Assembly: GCA_965370435.1 (NCBI GenBank)
Contig: CBDUUP010000001.1
Coordinates: 1-53,975 of the forward strand
Direction of reading: 5' to 3'
DNA from: an uncultured Anaerolineales bacterium
GTDB taxonomy: Bacteria; Chloroflexota; Anaerolineae; Anaerolineales; UBA11579
Length of the DNA: 53,975 bases
Shown here: positions 25,781 to 34,701 of the stretch, piece by piece
Layout of the letters: every line of letters begins with the position of its first letter
How positions within the stretch are numbered: position 1 is the first letter of the stretch
Position numbers and translations under genes: made by a program
The notes under the pieces: generated by a model
Database searches by the model: none
The model's input: the letters and a program-made list of their open reading frames with translations, nothing else
What the model was told of the DNA's origin: nothing

Positions 25781-27091
25781 ATGGCAACACAATTTTCCAC
25801 CGAAGAAGGCCGCAAATGGAAAGCGCCCTTCTTCACCATCTGGACCGGGCAAGCCTTTTCCCTGCTGGGCAGCCAGTTGGTGCAGTTCGCCCTCATCTGG
25901 CACCTGACCATCGAGACCGAGAAAGCCACCGTTCTGGCGACCGCCTCTCTGGTTGCGCTGCTGCCCGGCGTGCTCCTCTCGCCGTTCATCGGCCCGCTGG
26001 TGGACCGCTGGAACCGCCGCCGCATCATGCTGGCAGCCGACACCTTCGTCGCCCTAGTGACGGTTGCGCTGGCAGTACTGTTCGCCCTGGATGTTATTGA
26101 GATATGGCACATTTACTTAGCGATGTTCCTCCGGTCCATCGGCGGCAGCTTCCACCGTCCGGCCATGACCTCATCCACCTCTTTGATGGTCCCCACGGAG
26201 AACCTCTCCCGCATCCAGGGCTTCAACCAACTGCTCAACGGCGGGTTGAACATCATCTCCGCGCCGCTGGGCGCCATCCTCCTGGATGTCCTGCCCATGC
26301 AAGGCATCCTGGCGATTGACGTGGTCACCGCCCTCGGCGCAGTGCTGCCGCTGCTCTTCATAGCCATCCCCCAACCAGCGGTTCGGCTGGACGAAAGCGG
26401 GCAAAGACCCTCTTTCTTCCAAGACCTAAAGGGCGGATTGGAGTACATTCTCGCCTGGCCGGGATTGCTGGTCATCATGGGCATGGCTACCCTGATCAAT
26501 TTCTCGATCTCTCCCGCCTTTTCCCTGATGCCCCTCCTCGTCAAGAATCATTTTGGCGGCGATGCCACCCAATTGGGGTGGCTGAGTTCCCTCTTTGGAG
26601 TTGGAGTCATTGTGGGCGGCTTGACCCTGGGGGTATGGGGCGGGTTCAAGCGCCGCATCATCACCGGCATGTTCGCCCTTATCGGAATGGGCGCAGGAGT
26701 CATCATGCTGGGCCTGGCCCCGTCCAACCTCTTCGCTCTTGCTTTAGGAGGCATGATCCTGAGCGGCATCATGCAGCCCTTGGCCAACGGCTCCCTGGGC
26801 GCTATCCTTCAATCCACCGTCGCGCCGGAGATGCAGGGGCGGGTCTTCACCCTGGGCGGCAGCGCGGCGATGGCGATGACCCCCATCGGCTTGATCTTCG
26901 CCGGGCCTATCTCCGACTATCTGGGCATCCAGACCTGGTTCGTCCTGGGCGGCGCAATGTGTATCCTGATGGGTGCGGCGGGCTTCATGATCCCGGCGTT
27001 GATGAATATCGAAAAAGGCCGCAATGGGACGGAGAGCGACCCGCAAGAGGCGGAATTGCCACTGGAGGAGGCCGCTCCTTCTAGTGATTGA
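25781..27091 (+). CDS. MFS transporter (EntS/macrolide-efflux-like)
   Basis: 436 aa with about 12 predicted TM helices. The GPLVDRWNRRRIM loop motif is present. Confidence 0.8.
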   Translation: MATQFSTEEGRKWKAPFFTIWTGQAFSLLGSQLVQFALIWHLTIETEKATVLATASLVALLPGVLLSPFIGPLVDRWNRRRIMLAADTFVALVTVALAVLFALDVIEIWHIYLAMFLRSIGGSFHRPAMTSSTSLMVPTENLSRIQGFNQLLNGGLNIISAPLGAILLDVLPMQGILAIDVVTALGAVLPLLFIAIPQPAVRLDESGQRPSFFQDLKGGLEYILAWPGLLVIMGMATLINFSISPAFSLMPLLVKNHFGGDATQLGWLSSLFGVGVIVGGLTLGVWGGFKRRIITGMFALIGMGAGVIMLGLAPSNLFALALGGMILSGIMQPLANGSLGAILQSTVAPEMQGRVFTLGGSAAMAMTPIGLIFAGPISDYLGIQTWFVLGGAMCILMGAAGFMIPALMNIEKGRNGTESDPQEAELPLEEAAPSSD

Positions 27092-27112
27092 AATAGCATC
27101 CGGGTAAACCGA

Positions 27113-27145
27113 AACCTCCCGCCGGTTGGGAACCTGCGGGAGGTT
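27113..27145 (+). terminator. 10-bp stem-loop after MFS gene (no U-tract)
   Basis: aacctcccgc pairs with gcgggaggtt. Confidence 0.35.
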
Positions 27146-27184
27146 GCTATTAATCACACCCGGCTAAAGCCTCGACTCCTCCTC

Positions 27185-27352
27185 GGGTGTAGTTCAGTTT
27201 TGGGGTGTTTGGAGCACACAGCGACTAAAGTCGCACCAACAACTACGAAGTCCGCCCTTCGGCGGACTAAAACATCATCAAATCGGCGCAGACCGACTTC
27301 GTAAACATTTGAATGACTAAAGTCACTCAAACCCTCAAACTGAAATACACCC
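27185..27352. mobile_element. 168-bp foldback, MITE-like non-coding element (E2)
   Basis: The terminal inverted repeat is gggtgtagttcagttttg paired with caaactgaaatacaccc. Internal hairpins are gcgac-taaa-gtcgc, gtccgcc-cttc-ggcggac and tgac-taaa-gtca. The left and right halves are mutually complementary. A partial copy lies at 22831-22936. Confidence 0.6.
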
Positions 27353-27537
27353 ATCCTCCATATTCCCCTAATCCCTAATAACCTAATCCCCTCCCCTACT
27401 CGCTCGTCGGCAGCCAGGGCATATACTTTTTTGTTCAAAATTTTTAATTTCACTATTTTGCCTATTTCAACGCACATTGAAATTTATTGTAGCAGTGAAA
27501 TCATGATTTACCAAAAATCATTGTGATTCAGCGTTTC

Positions 27538-29091
27538 CTACCCACTCGTCGGCAGTCTGGGCATCTCCGGCCCTTCCACGCCCAGGTGTTCAGCCAACGC
27601 CGCCTTGAGCGCGGTGCGGTCATCCCAGAGATGTTCGACCTCGCCGAAGCACATAGATTGCTCATGGCCCTTGCCCAGAGCCAGCACCAGGTCGCCAGGT
27701 TGGGCCTGCGCCACCGCAAAACGGAGGGCCTTTCCCCGGTCGGGGATGCGCCAGAAAGTCTCCCCCTCCACGCCCCCGCGAGAGTCTGCGCCCGCCGCCA
27801 TCTCCGCCAGGATGTCTTCCAGGGATTCGGTGCGGGGGTCTTCGGCGGTGAGGATGGTCAGGTCGGCCAATTCAGCGGAGACTTTGGCCATCATGCGGCG
27901 TTTCTCCCGGTCCCGCAAACCCGCCGAACCGAACACCGCGATCACCCGACCGCCGGTCAACCCGCGGCCAGCTTTCAGGACATTTTTCAGGGCGTTGGGC
28001 GTATGGGCAAAATCCACAATGGCGGTGAAATCCTGCCCCATGTCAATCTGCTCCATGCGGCCCGGCACGCCCGGCAGAGCGGCGATACCGGCCTGGGCGG
28101 CTTCTGCAGCCAGCCCCAGCCCCTCCACCGCGGCCCCAATCGCCGCCAGACAGTTGGCGGCGTTGTACTCTCCCATCAACTGGGTTTCAATGGGCAATTT
28201 ATACCCCGGCCCGATCAAGTCGAAGCGCAGGCCCAGCAATGTAGAGGCCACATTTTCAGCCCGCAGGTCAGCCTCCGGATGCAGGCCGACGCTCACCTGG
28301 CGGACCGTCGTCATCGCAGCCAGATAAGCATAGGAGTCATCATCCCGGTTGAGGACCGCCAATCGCGGGTTGCCGCCCGCCTTCTCCGGCGTCTCGGCCA
28401 GCCCGGTGAACAGCCCGGCCTTGGCCTCCCGATAAGCCTCAAAGCTGCCGTGATAATCGAGATGCTCGTGGGTGATATTGGTGAGCACACCCACGTCGAA
28501 GGCGCAGGCTGTGACCCGGCCCTGCGCCAGGCCGTGGGAGGTGACCTCCAGCACGACGTGGGTCAAGCCCGCCTCTGCCATTTGGGCCAGGTAGCGCTGC
28601 ACGTCGGGCGCTTCGGGCGTGGTGACGTGGAAGCCGGTGTCCAATTCCTGGCCGCCGATCACCGCGCTGACAGTCGTTATCATGCCCGCTTTTATCCCCG
28701 CGTTGAGCAATATCTGGTAGATCATATTGCCGGTGGTTGTCTTGCCGTCGGTGCCGGTGACGCCGATCACCGTCATCTTATGCGCTGGGAAACCGTAGAA
28801 CGCCGCCGAGAGATACGCCAGAGCCTCCCGGCTATCCTGCACTTGCACGTAAGGGATCGCCAACTCCCCCGGCGGCCGGGTTCCAACCACCGCCGCCGCC
28901 CCCCGTTCAATCGCATCGGGTATAAAGCGATGCCCATCCACCCGCTCCCCTTCAATCGCCACAAACAAATTCCCCGCCTTCACCTCCCTCGAATCCAACA
29001 CCACCCCCGTCACCTCCACCCCCTCCGGCGCCCCCGAAAGCGCCTCTACAGGAATATCACCCAACAAATCCGCCAAATCCGCAGCCATCAC
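27538..29091 (-). CDS. murE: UDP-N-acetylmuramoyl-L-alanyl-D-glutamate--diamino-acid ligase
   Basis: 517 aa with VIGVTGTDGKTTT. The overall layout is Mur ligase, and the C-terminal substrate motif reads EDPR. Confidence 0.9.
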   Translation of the reverse strand: MMAADLADLLGDIPVEALSGAPEGVEVTGVVLDSREVKAGNLFVAIEGERVDGHRFIPDAIERGAAAVVGTRPPGELAIPYVQVQDSREALAYLSAAFYGFPAHKMTVIGVTGTDGKTTTGNMIYQILLNAGIKAGMITTVSAVIGGQELDTGFHVTTPEAPDVQRYLAQMAEAGLTHVVLEVTSHGLAQGRVTACAFDVGVLTNITHEHLDYHGSFEAYREAKAGLFTGLAETPEKAGGNPRLAVLNRDDDSYAYLAAMTTVRQVSVGLHPEADLRAENVASTLLGLRFDLIGPGYKLPIETQLMGEYNAANCLAAIGAAVEGLGLAAEAAQAGIAALPGVPGRMEQIDMGQDFTAIVDFAHTPNALKNVLKAGRGLTGGRVIAVFGSAGLRDREKRRMMAKVSAELADLTILTAEDPRTESLEDILAEMAAGADSRGGVEGETFWRIPDRGKALRFAVAQAQPGDLVLALGKGHEQSMCFGEVEHLWDDRTALKAALAEHLGVEGPEMPRLPTSG

Positions 29092-29105
29092 TCTTTACCT
29101 TATAT

Positions 29106-29156
29106 CCTTGTTTACTTGCACACTTGCCTACTTGCCTGCTTGCCTGCTTGCACACC
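29106..29156. repeat. tile repeat, CTTGC/CTTGT family (B2)
   Basis: ccttgtttacttgcacacttgcctacttgcctgcttgcctgcttgcacacc. Confidence 0.6.
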
Positions 29157-29164
29157 TTATACCA

Positions 29165-29207
29165 TAAAAACAAAAGACGCCCAAAGAATCATTCTCTCCG
29201 GGCGTCT
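29165..29207 (-). terminator. intrinsic terminator closing the atp (Fo) operon
   Basis: The minus strand reads agacgccc...gggcgtct (8-bp stem) followed by tttgttttta. Confidence 0.65.
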
Positions 29208-29242
29208 CAACTATCGAACTAAATAACCAGCTAACTATCCAA

Positions 29243-29461
29243 CTAGCGCAAATTCTGCCTCATGGACTCCAGTTGGCCGGAGACCGAGCCATCCAGCACC
29301 TTGTCGCCCACGCGAACCACCAAGCCTCCCAGAATGGAGGGGTCTACGCGGAAGGAAACGGTGGCCTGGCTGCCGATCTTGGAGAGCACGTCCTTCTTGA
29401 CCGATTCTTGCTCTTTGTCGGTCAGGGGCAGGGCGCTGGTGATCTCGGCGGAAGCGCCGCT
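29243..29461 (-). pseudogene. atpH: ATP synthase delta/OSCP C-terminal domain only; no start codon of its own, in frame with atpF across TAG
   Basis: 72 codons read SGASAEITSALPLTDKEQ...VDPSILGGLVVRVGDKVLDGSVSGQLESMRQNLR. The ORF track does not list it because no start codon opens it. Confidence 0.6.
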
Positions 29462-29980
29462 CTAGCTGGAGTCCTCCAGCACGGTCACCTTGCGAGCTTT
29501 CACCCGGGAGAAGAATTCTTCGATCAAAGCCCGCTGGCGTTTCTCATCCAGGGCCTCGCCGATCAACTTCTGGGCGGCGGCCATGGAGAGCGCAGCCACC
29601 TGGCCGCGCAGGTCGCCCAGCACGCGGTCGCGTTCAGTTTCAGCGTCGGCGATGGCGGCCTTGCGGGCCTCGGCAGCTTCAGCTTCGGCAGCGACTTTGA
29701 TATCGCCGGTGGCAACCTCGGCGCGCTCGCTGGCCTCGCGGACGATCTTGGAGGCTTCGGCCTGCGCATCCGCGATGACCTTCTCGGCCTCTTCCTCCGC
29801 GTTGGCGCGGGCATCGGAAGCCACGCGGGCGTCTTCCAGACCTTGAGCGATGAGTTCGCGGCGTTTTTCGAGCGTTTCAATAATGGGGATAAAGGCCCAT
29901 TTACGCAGAATGAGAAAAACAATCGCGAAGTTGAGGATTTGTACGATTAAAAAACCTAGATTTATGCCTAATGCATCCAA
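29462..29980 (-). CDS. atpF: ATP synthase Fo subunit b
   Basis: TTG start with an AAGGAG SD. One TM helix is followed by a long charged coiled coil (AEEEAEKVIADAQAEASKI...). Confidence 0.85.
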   Translation of the reverse strand: MDALGINLGFLIVQILNFAIVFLILRKWAFIPIIETLEKRRELIAQGLEDARVASDARANAEEEAEKVIADAQAEASKIVREASERAEVATGDIKVAAEAEAAEARKAAIADAETERDRVLGDLRGQVAALSMAAAQKLIGEALDEKRQRALIEEFFSRVKARKVTVLEDSS

Positions 29981-30019
29981 GGGATTTCTCCTTTCTATTT
30001 CGTGTTTATTATTACCTGG

Positions 30020-30247
30020 CTAAAACACGAACAGAATTAGCATGGCAACAACCAGGCAGTAAATGGCGATCGCTTCGGTGAAAACAATGCCCAGGATCAT
30101 GTTGGTCTGGATCTCGCCTGAGGCATCTGGGTTGCGGGCAATACCCTGCACACCGCCAAAGGTAGCCATTCCGACGCCCAATCCGGCGCCCATCGCGCCG
30201 ATCATAGCGATTCCGGCGCCTATCAGTTTTGCAGCTTCTGCATCCAT
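30020..30247 (-). CDS. atpE: ATP synthase Fo subunit c
   Basis: 75-aa hairpin. It has the GIARNPDA loop and a carboxylate in the VFTEAIAIY helix. Confidence 0.95.
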   Translation of the reverse strand: MDAEAAKLIGAGIAMIGAMGAGLGVGMATFGGVQGIARNPDASGEIQTNMILGIVFTEAIAIYCLVVAMLILFVF

Positions 30248-30345
30248 AATTACTTTTGAACCTCCGTTAATTTGATCTGGGGCGGGAAAACCGCCGCAAT
30301 TTTGGTTTAACCCGGGCGGATAACCGCCCGAAGATCACAAACTTT

Positions 30346-31398
30346 TTAGTGCTCTTCATCGCCATGGTGTGCGTGAGTGGCCTGAGCCATGAACACCATA
30401 GTGAGCATCCCGAAAACAATCGCCTGAATCAGGCCCACGCCAAACTCCAGCATCAACACCAGGGATTGGGCGAAGACCGGGATGAGGGTGCCGATCACGA
30501 AGAGCAGCACCGCCCCGGCGAATATATTACCGAATAACCGGAAGGAGAACGAGATGATCTTGGAGAACTCCGAGACGATCTCAAACAATCCGACCGCGAA
30601 GTCAACCACGCCGAAAACAGGTTTTGAAAACAGGGTCTTGACGTAGATAAATTTCTCGAAATAGCTGATGCCCAAGGCGCGCACACCAATAACCTGGATC
30701 ATGACCACCGATACAATAGCCAGCCCAATGGTGAAGTTCAGGTCGGTGGCGGCAGCCCGCACGAAGGGGATCACGCTCGTGGCGCAATCTGCCACGCCAT
30801 CAGCGTTACCCTTAATTGGGCCTACCGCGACCACATCCATCCCAGCAACGGTGAAAAGTGTGTTTTTGGTGCAAATATCATCGAAGTGATGATCGCTATA
30901 ATCTTCAACGTGATGCTCATTGAAGATGCCGATGCTGTCCACGCCGGGGATCAACTCCATCCAGTTCATGGTCAGTACCAGCATGGTGATGGCGGCGAAG
31001 AAGGGGAAGATGGTTTTGGCCCACTTCCCGGCGGTCGATTCGGTCAAGTTATACAGCATTTCAATCAAGGCTTCCACCGCCCCGGCAAGCCCCTTGGGGA
31101 CCAGGCTTCCGCTGCGCACGGCTCGCTGGACGAAGAAAAACGTGATGATCAGCAGAACTATGTCTGCCAGGATCGTCGCCACCAGCGTATTGGTGAGCCG
31201 AAACTCACCCATGGGGCCGTCAACGATTGAGAAGAGCACATCGGTGAGCGGCTCTGCGGGTAATTGAATGTGGGGGCGAGCCGGGGGGAATTTCCCCGCC
31301 AGGAACACGCCCAAGATAATTAAGCCTAATATCAACCAGCGGCTGACGCCCCATCGCCATCCTGTTCTCTTAGTTTCCGTTGTTTCCGTTTCCTGCAC
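30346..31398 (-). CDS. atpB: ATP synthase Fo subunit a (with loop insertion)
   Basis: The C-terminal part reads SFSFRLFGNIFAGAVLL (essential Arg). At 350 aa it is long for the family. The GTG start is uncertain. Confidence 0.85.
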   Translation of the reverse strand: MQETETTETKRTGWRWGVSRWLILGLIILGVFLAGKFPPARPHIQLPAEPLTDVLFSIVDGPMGEFRLTNTLVATILADIVLLIITFFFVQRAVRSGSLVPKGLAGAVEALIEMLYNLTESTAGKWAKTIFPFFAAITMLVLTMNWMELIPGVDSIGIFNEHHVEDYSDHHFDDICTKNTLFTVAGMDVVAVGPIKGNADGVADCATSVIPFVRAAATDLNFTIGLAIVSVVMIQVIGVRALGISYFEKFIYVKTLFSKPVFGVVDFAVGLFEIVSEFSKIISFSFRLFGNIFAGAVLLFVIGTLIPVFAQSLVLMLEFGVGLIQAIVFGMLTMVFMAQATHAHHGDEEH

Positions 31399-31687
31399 GG
31401 TCTGCTTCCTCCGGAATGGATTCTTTTTCAGCGGGTTTTATGCGTGAAGTGGTGGTGCGCACCACCTTCAGCATAACGAACAATGTGACCGGCACACTGC
31501 CCACCAAAAGCAAGATGGTGAACATGGGCCGGGTGTCAAACGTTTTGTCAATCCACAAGCCAAGCAACAAGGCTGCGAATAAGATCGCAACCGTCAGGCA
31601 TCCTGACAAGCCAGCCGCCGCCGTCAGCATGGCATTGAAGGTATATTGGCGGCGGTCAACCTTGGGCTTTTGTTCAGGCTGGCTCAT
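31370..31687 (-). CDS. AtpZ/AtpI-like small membrane protein
   Basis: 105 aa with two TM helices and an LGLWIDKTFDTRPMFTILLLVG motif. It sits first in the atp operon. Confidence 0.55.
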   Translation of the reverse strand: MSQPEQKPKVDRRQYTFNAMLTAAAGLSGCLTVAILFAALLLGLWIDKTFDTRPMFTILLLVGSVPVTLFVMLKVVRTTTSRIKPAEKESIPEEADRAGNGNNGN

Positions 31688-31696
31688 AACTAGCGA

Positions 31697-31726
31697 ATTG
31701 TATCACAATCACCAAAAAGCCGTCAA
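31697..31726 (-). promoter_or_regulatory. promoter TTGACG-N18-(TGa)TACAAT for the atp operon
   Basis: Read on the minus strand. The predicted start site falls only a few nt before ATG 31687. Confidence 0.5.
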
Positions 31727-31739
31727 CAAACTGAAAGCT

Positions 31740-33212
31740 CTAGAACAGGCCCGACACGGCGCTGGCCCAGTCGAACCAGGGCGCGAACAGGGTTCCCAGC
31801 AGCAAGATACCGATTATACAAACCGCCAGGGCCACCGCATAAGGGCGCGGCACCGGCAGGGGTTCTTCTTCATTCTCCCCGCGGTCCAGGTAAATGACCT
31901 TGAGGATCATCAGGTAGTAGTAAATGCCCACGATGGCGTTGATGACGCCCAACACCGCCAGCCAGATGAGGGATTTGGTTTCAATCGCCGCGGCGAACAC
32001 CAGCACCTTGGCGATGAAGCCGCCCATCGGAGGGATGCCCGCCAGGGAGAGGAGCGCAACCATGAAGGCCAACGCCAGGGTTGGAGAACGGCGGCTCAAC
32101 CCGGCGTAATCTTTGATCTCATCGCTGCCGGTGACTCGCCAGAAGATGACCACCCCGCCGAAAGCGGCCAGGTTGGTCACCATGTAGGCGATCAGGTAGA
32201 ACACTACGCTGGGCAGGCCCAGGACCGAGTCTTCCGAACCGGCCGCCACCGCCGCCAGGCCCATCAAGATGTATCCGGCGTGGGCGACGGAGGAATAGGC
32301 CAGCAGGCGTTTGATATTGGTCTGCGCCAAGGCGATCAGATTGCCCAAGGTCATGGTGGCGGCGGAGATGATTGCCAGCAGCGCCCCCCATTCCATAGCG
32401 GCGAAGGGGAAAACCACCAGCAGGAACCGCGCCAACGCCGCAAACCCCGCCGCTTTGGAAGCGGTGGAGAGGAAACCGGCCACTGGCGTGGGCGCGCCCT
32501 CGTATACGTCGGGGGCCCAGAAGTGGAAGGGGACCAGGGAGGTCTTGAAGGCAAAGCCCACCAGCGCCAGCAGCAAGCCGCCGATCACCGGCAAGGGATA
32601 CTCGGCCATCAAATCGCCCAGGGAACCCGCCAAGACGTAGAGGTCGGTAGTGCCGCCGAAGCCGAACAGCAAGCTGAAGCCGTAGAGCAAAATAGCGGAG
32701 GTCATAGCCCCGAAGAGCAGATACTTGACGCCCGACTCGGTGGACTTGTCATCGCCGGTGAGGAAACCGGCCTGAATGTAGAGGGGGATGGAGGTGGTCT
32801 CTATCGCCAGGAAAAGCATGATCAGGTCTCCGGAGGAGGCCATAAGGCACATGCCGATGGTGGAGGCCAGCATCAGCAGGTAATACTCGCCGCGCTTGCC
32901 CAGCTCGTCCACGTTGGAGGCGAATAAGGCGGTGATCGCCGCGCCGAACAGGAACAGCATCTTGAAGAGGAAGCCCATCCAATCGTAGCGCAGCATCCCG
33001 CCCCATACGGGGCCGTCGTCCACGCCGGGACGAGCGATCATTATGCTGATGACGAGGATCAACGCCAACCCCCCGGCGGTGACCCAGCCCAAGTTGCGGC
33101 GTTTTTCGTCCGGCAGGAACACATCCAGGAGCAGGACGATGAAGCCCAACGCCAGGATCAAGATTTCGGGCAATATCGCCAGGATCATGGTTGAGGTTAC
33201 GTTTTCAAACAC
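31740..33212 (-). CDS. nuoN: NADH-quinone oxidoreductase subunit N
   Basis: 490-aa polytopic antiporter-like subunit in the last nuo position. Confidence 0.88.
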   Translation of the reverse strand: MFENVTSTMILAILPEILILALGFIVLLLDVFLPDEKRRNLGWVTAGGLALILVISIMIARPGVDDGPVWGGMLRYDWMGFLFKMLFLFGAAITALFASNVDELGKRGEYYLLMLASTIGMCLMASSGDLIMLFLAIETTSIPLYIQAGFLTGDDKSTESGVKYLLFGAMTSAILLYGFSLLFGFGGTTDLYVLAGSLGDLMAEYPLPVIGGLLLALVGFAFKTSLVPFHFWAPDVYEGAPTPVAGFLSTASKAAGFAALARFLLVVFPFAAMEWGALLAIISAATMTLGNLIALAQTNIKRLLAYSSVAHAGYILMGLAAVAAGSEDSVLGLPSVVFYLIAYMVTNLAAFGGVVIFWRVTGSDEIKDYAGLSRRSPTLALAFMVALLSLAGIPPMGGFIAKVLVFAAAIETKSLIWLAVLGVINAIVGIYYYLMILKVIYLDRGENEEEPLPVPRPYAVALAVCIIGILLLGTLFAPWFDWASAVSGLF

Positions 33213-34694
33213 TTAGGCACCTCCCAGCAGGCGTAAAATATTTTCCACACCCGATTCCACCATAGGCACAATCACCGAGGGGAATAGGCCGATGAGGATC
33301 ATCAGTCCGGCCAGCAACCCCAGGGCGACTTTATCCAGAACCCGCACGTCGAATAGGTGGCCTTTGATATTTTCAGGCATCTCCCCAAAGAACACTTTGC
33401 CGATAATGCGGATGATGTACGAAGCGGTGATCACGATCGAAATCGCGGCCAGGATGGCGATCCAGGGACGGAACTGCCAGACGCCCATGAAGATGGGGAA
33501 CTCCGCCACGAAGCCGGAGAAACCGGGCATCCCCATGGAGACCAGGCCGCCGATGATGAAGGCGACGGTGACGAAGGGCATCACCTTGCTGGCTCCGCCC
33601 AATTCGTCGATCTGGCGGGTGTGGGCCTGGTCGTAGATCATTCCGACCACGGCGAAGAAGAGAGCGGTCATAATGCCATGCGAGAACATCTGCACCCCGG
33701 CGCCCACCATGCCGTCGTGGTTGAGGGTGGCAAAGCCCATCACCACCAGGCCCATGTGGGAGACCGAGGAGAAACCGATGACGTACTTCATGTCCTTCTG
33801 CACCATAGCGATGTAGGCCCCGTAGACCACGTTCACGATGGTGAGCAGGATGATCCAGGGCATGTGGGTCTTGGCCCCCTCCGGCAGGAGCATTATGCCG
33901 ACGCGCAGGGCGGCGAATGCGCCCAGCTTCATCAGCACTCCGGCGTGGAACATGGAGACCGCGGTGGGCGCAGCCACGTGCCCGTCGGGGCTCCAGTTGT
34001 GGAAGGGCCAGATGCCGCTCAGCACCGCAAAACCAAAGAAGACGAAGGGGAACCATAGGTTCTGGAACGCCACTGAAAAATTAGCCGTCTCCAGGATTAG
34101 CATGTCAAATGTCAGCGTCTCCAGCCCGGAGTTGAAATACATCGCCAGCACGCCAACCAGACTGACCACCGAGCCGATCATGAGGTACAGGGTCAGCTTC
34201 ATGGCAGCGTACTCGCGGGTCTTCACCCAGCCCCAGATGACGATCAGCAGGTACATGGGGAAGACGGCCACCTCGTAGAAGAAGAACAGCCCGAACAAGT
34301 CCAGGGCCACGAAGACCCCGAAAACGCCGGTCGCCAGGATGAAGAGGAAGGCGAAGAACTCACGGGGGCGGTCGTCAATGCCCCAGGAGATCAGCACGCC
34401 GGTGAACATCACCACCCCGGTCAACAGCACCAGGGGGGCGCTCAAACCGTCCACGCCCACGTGAAAGGAAATACCCAGAGCAGGCAGCCAATCGTACTTT
34501 TCGACGAACTGGTAGCCCGCTTCCCCGATGTTGTACGAGACGTACACCCAGATGGAAAGCAGCAGCGCGAAAGTCGCCGCGGCCAGGGCGGTGACCCGGA
34601 TCTCATTCTTGCGTTCGCCGGGTATCAGCAGGATCAGCATCCCGGCGACGATGGGGGTAAAAACGATAAAGCTAAGTACAGGAAATTGCATCAT
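33213..34694 (-). CDS. nuoM: NADH-quinone oxidoreductase subunit M
   Basis: 493 aa with HVGVDGLSAPLVLLT and FFYEVAVFPMYLLI motifs. Confidence 0.88.
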   Translation of the reverse strand: MMQFPVLSFIVFTPIVAGMLILLIPGERKNEIRVTALAAATFALLLSIWVYVSYNIGEAGYQFVEKYDWLPALGISFHVGVDGLSAPLVLLTGVVMFTGVLISWGIDDRPREFFAFLFILATGVFGVFVALDLFGLFFFYEVAVFPMYLLIVIWGWVKTREYAAMKLTLYLMIGSVVSLVGVLAMYFNSGLETLTFDMLILETANFSVAFQNLWFPFVFFGFAVLSGIWPFHNWSPDGHVAAPTAVSMFHAGVLMKLGAFAALRVGIMLLPEGAKTHMPWIILLTIVNVVYGAYIAMVQKDMKYVIGFSSVSHMGLVVMGFATLNHDGMVGAGVQMFSHGIMTALFFAVVGMIYDQAHTRQIDELGGASKVMPFVTVAFIIGGLVSMGMPGFSGFVAEFPIFMGVWQFRPWIAILAAISIVITASYIIRIIGKVFFGEMPENIKGHLFDVRVLDKVALGLLAGLMILIGLFPSVIVPMVESGVENILRLLGGA

Positions 34695-34701
34695 TCACCT
34701 C

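Noticed and set aside
27185-27260. A tRNA-like beginning (gggtgtagttcagtttt...) in the foldback element and in its copy at 22831.
   Set aside because: The downstream hairpins have 4-nt loops. There is no 7-nt anticodon loop, no T-arm GTTCGAATC-type sequence and no 3' acceptor complement, so no cloverleaf can be drawn.
27154-27477. A 107-aa minus-strand ORF in the spacer between the MFS gene and murE.
   Set aside because: It is read straight through the 168-bp foldback element and AT-rich spacer. The translation is repeat-derived and no start context is present.
30020-30247. A possible Na+-binding signature in the c-subunit (Gln in GGVQGIA, Glu and Tyr in FTEAIAIY).
   Set aside because: The Ser/Thr positions next to the carboxylate are Ala/Ile. 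Gln/Glu/Tyr alone also occur in proton-specific c-rings, so no ion-specificity claim can be made.
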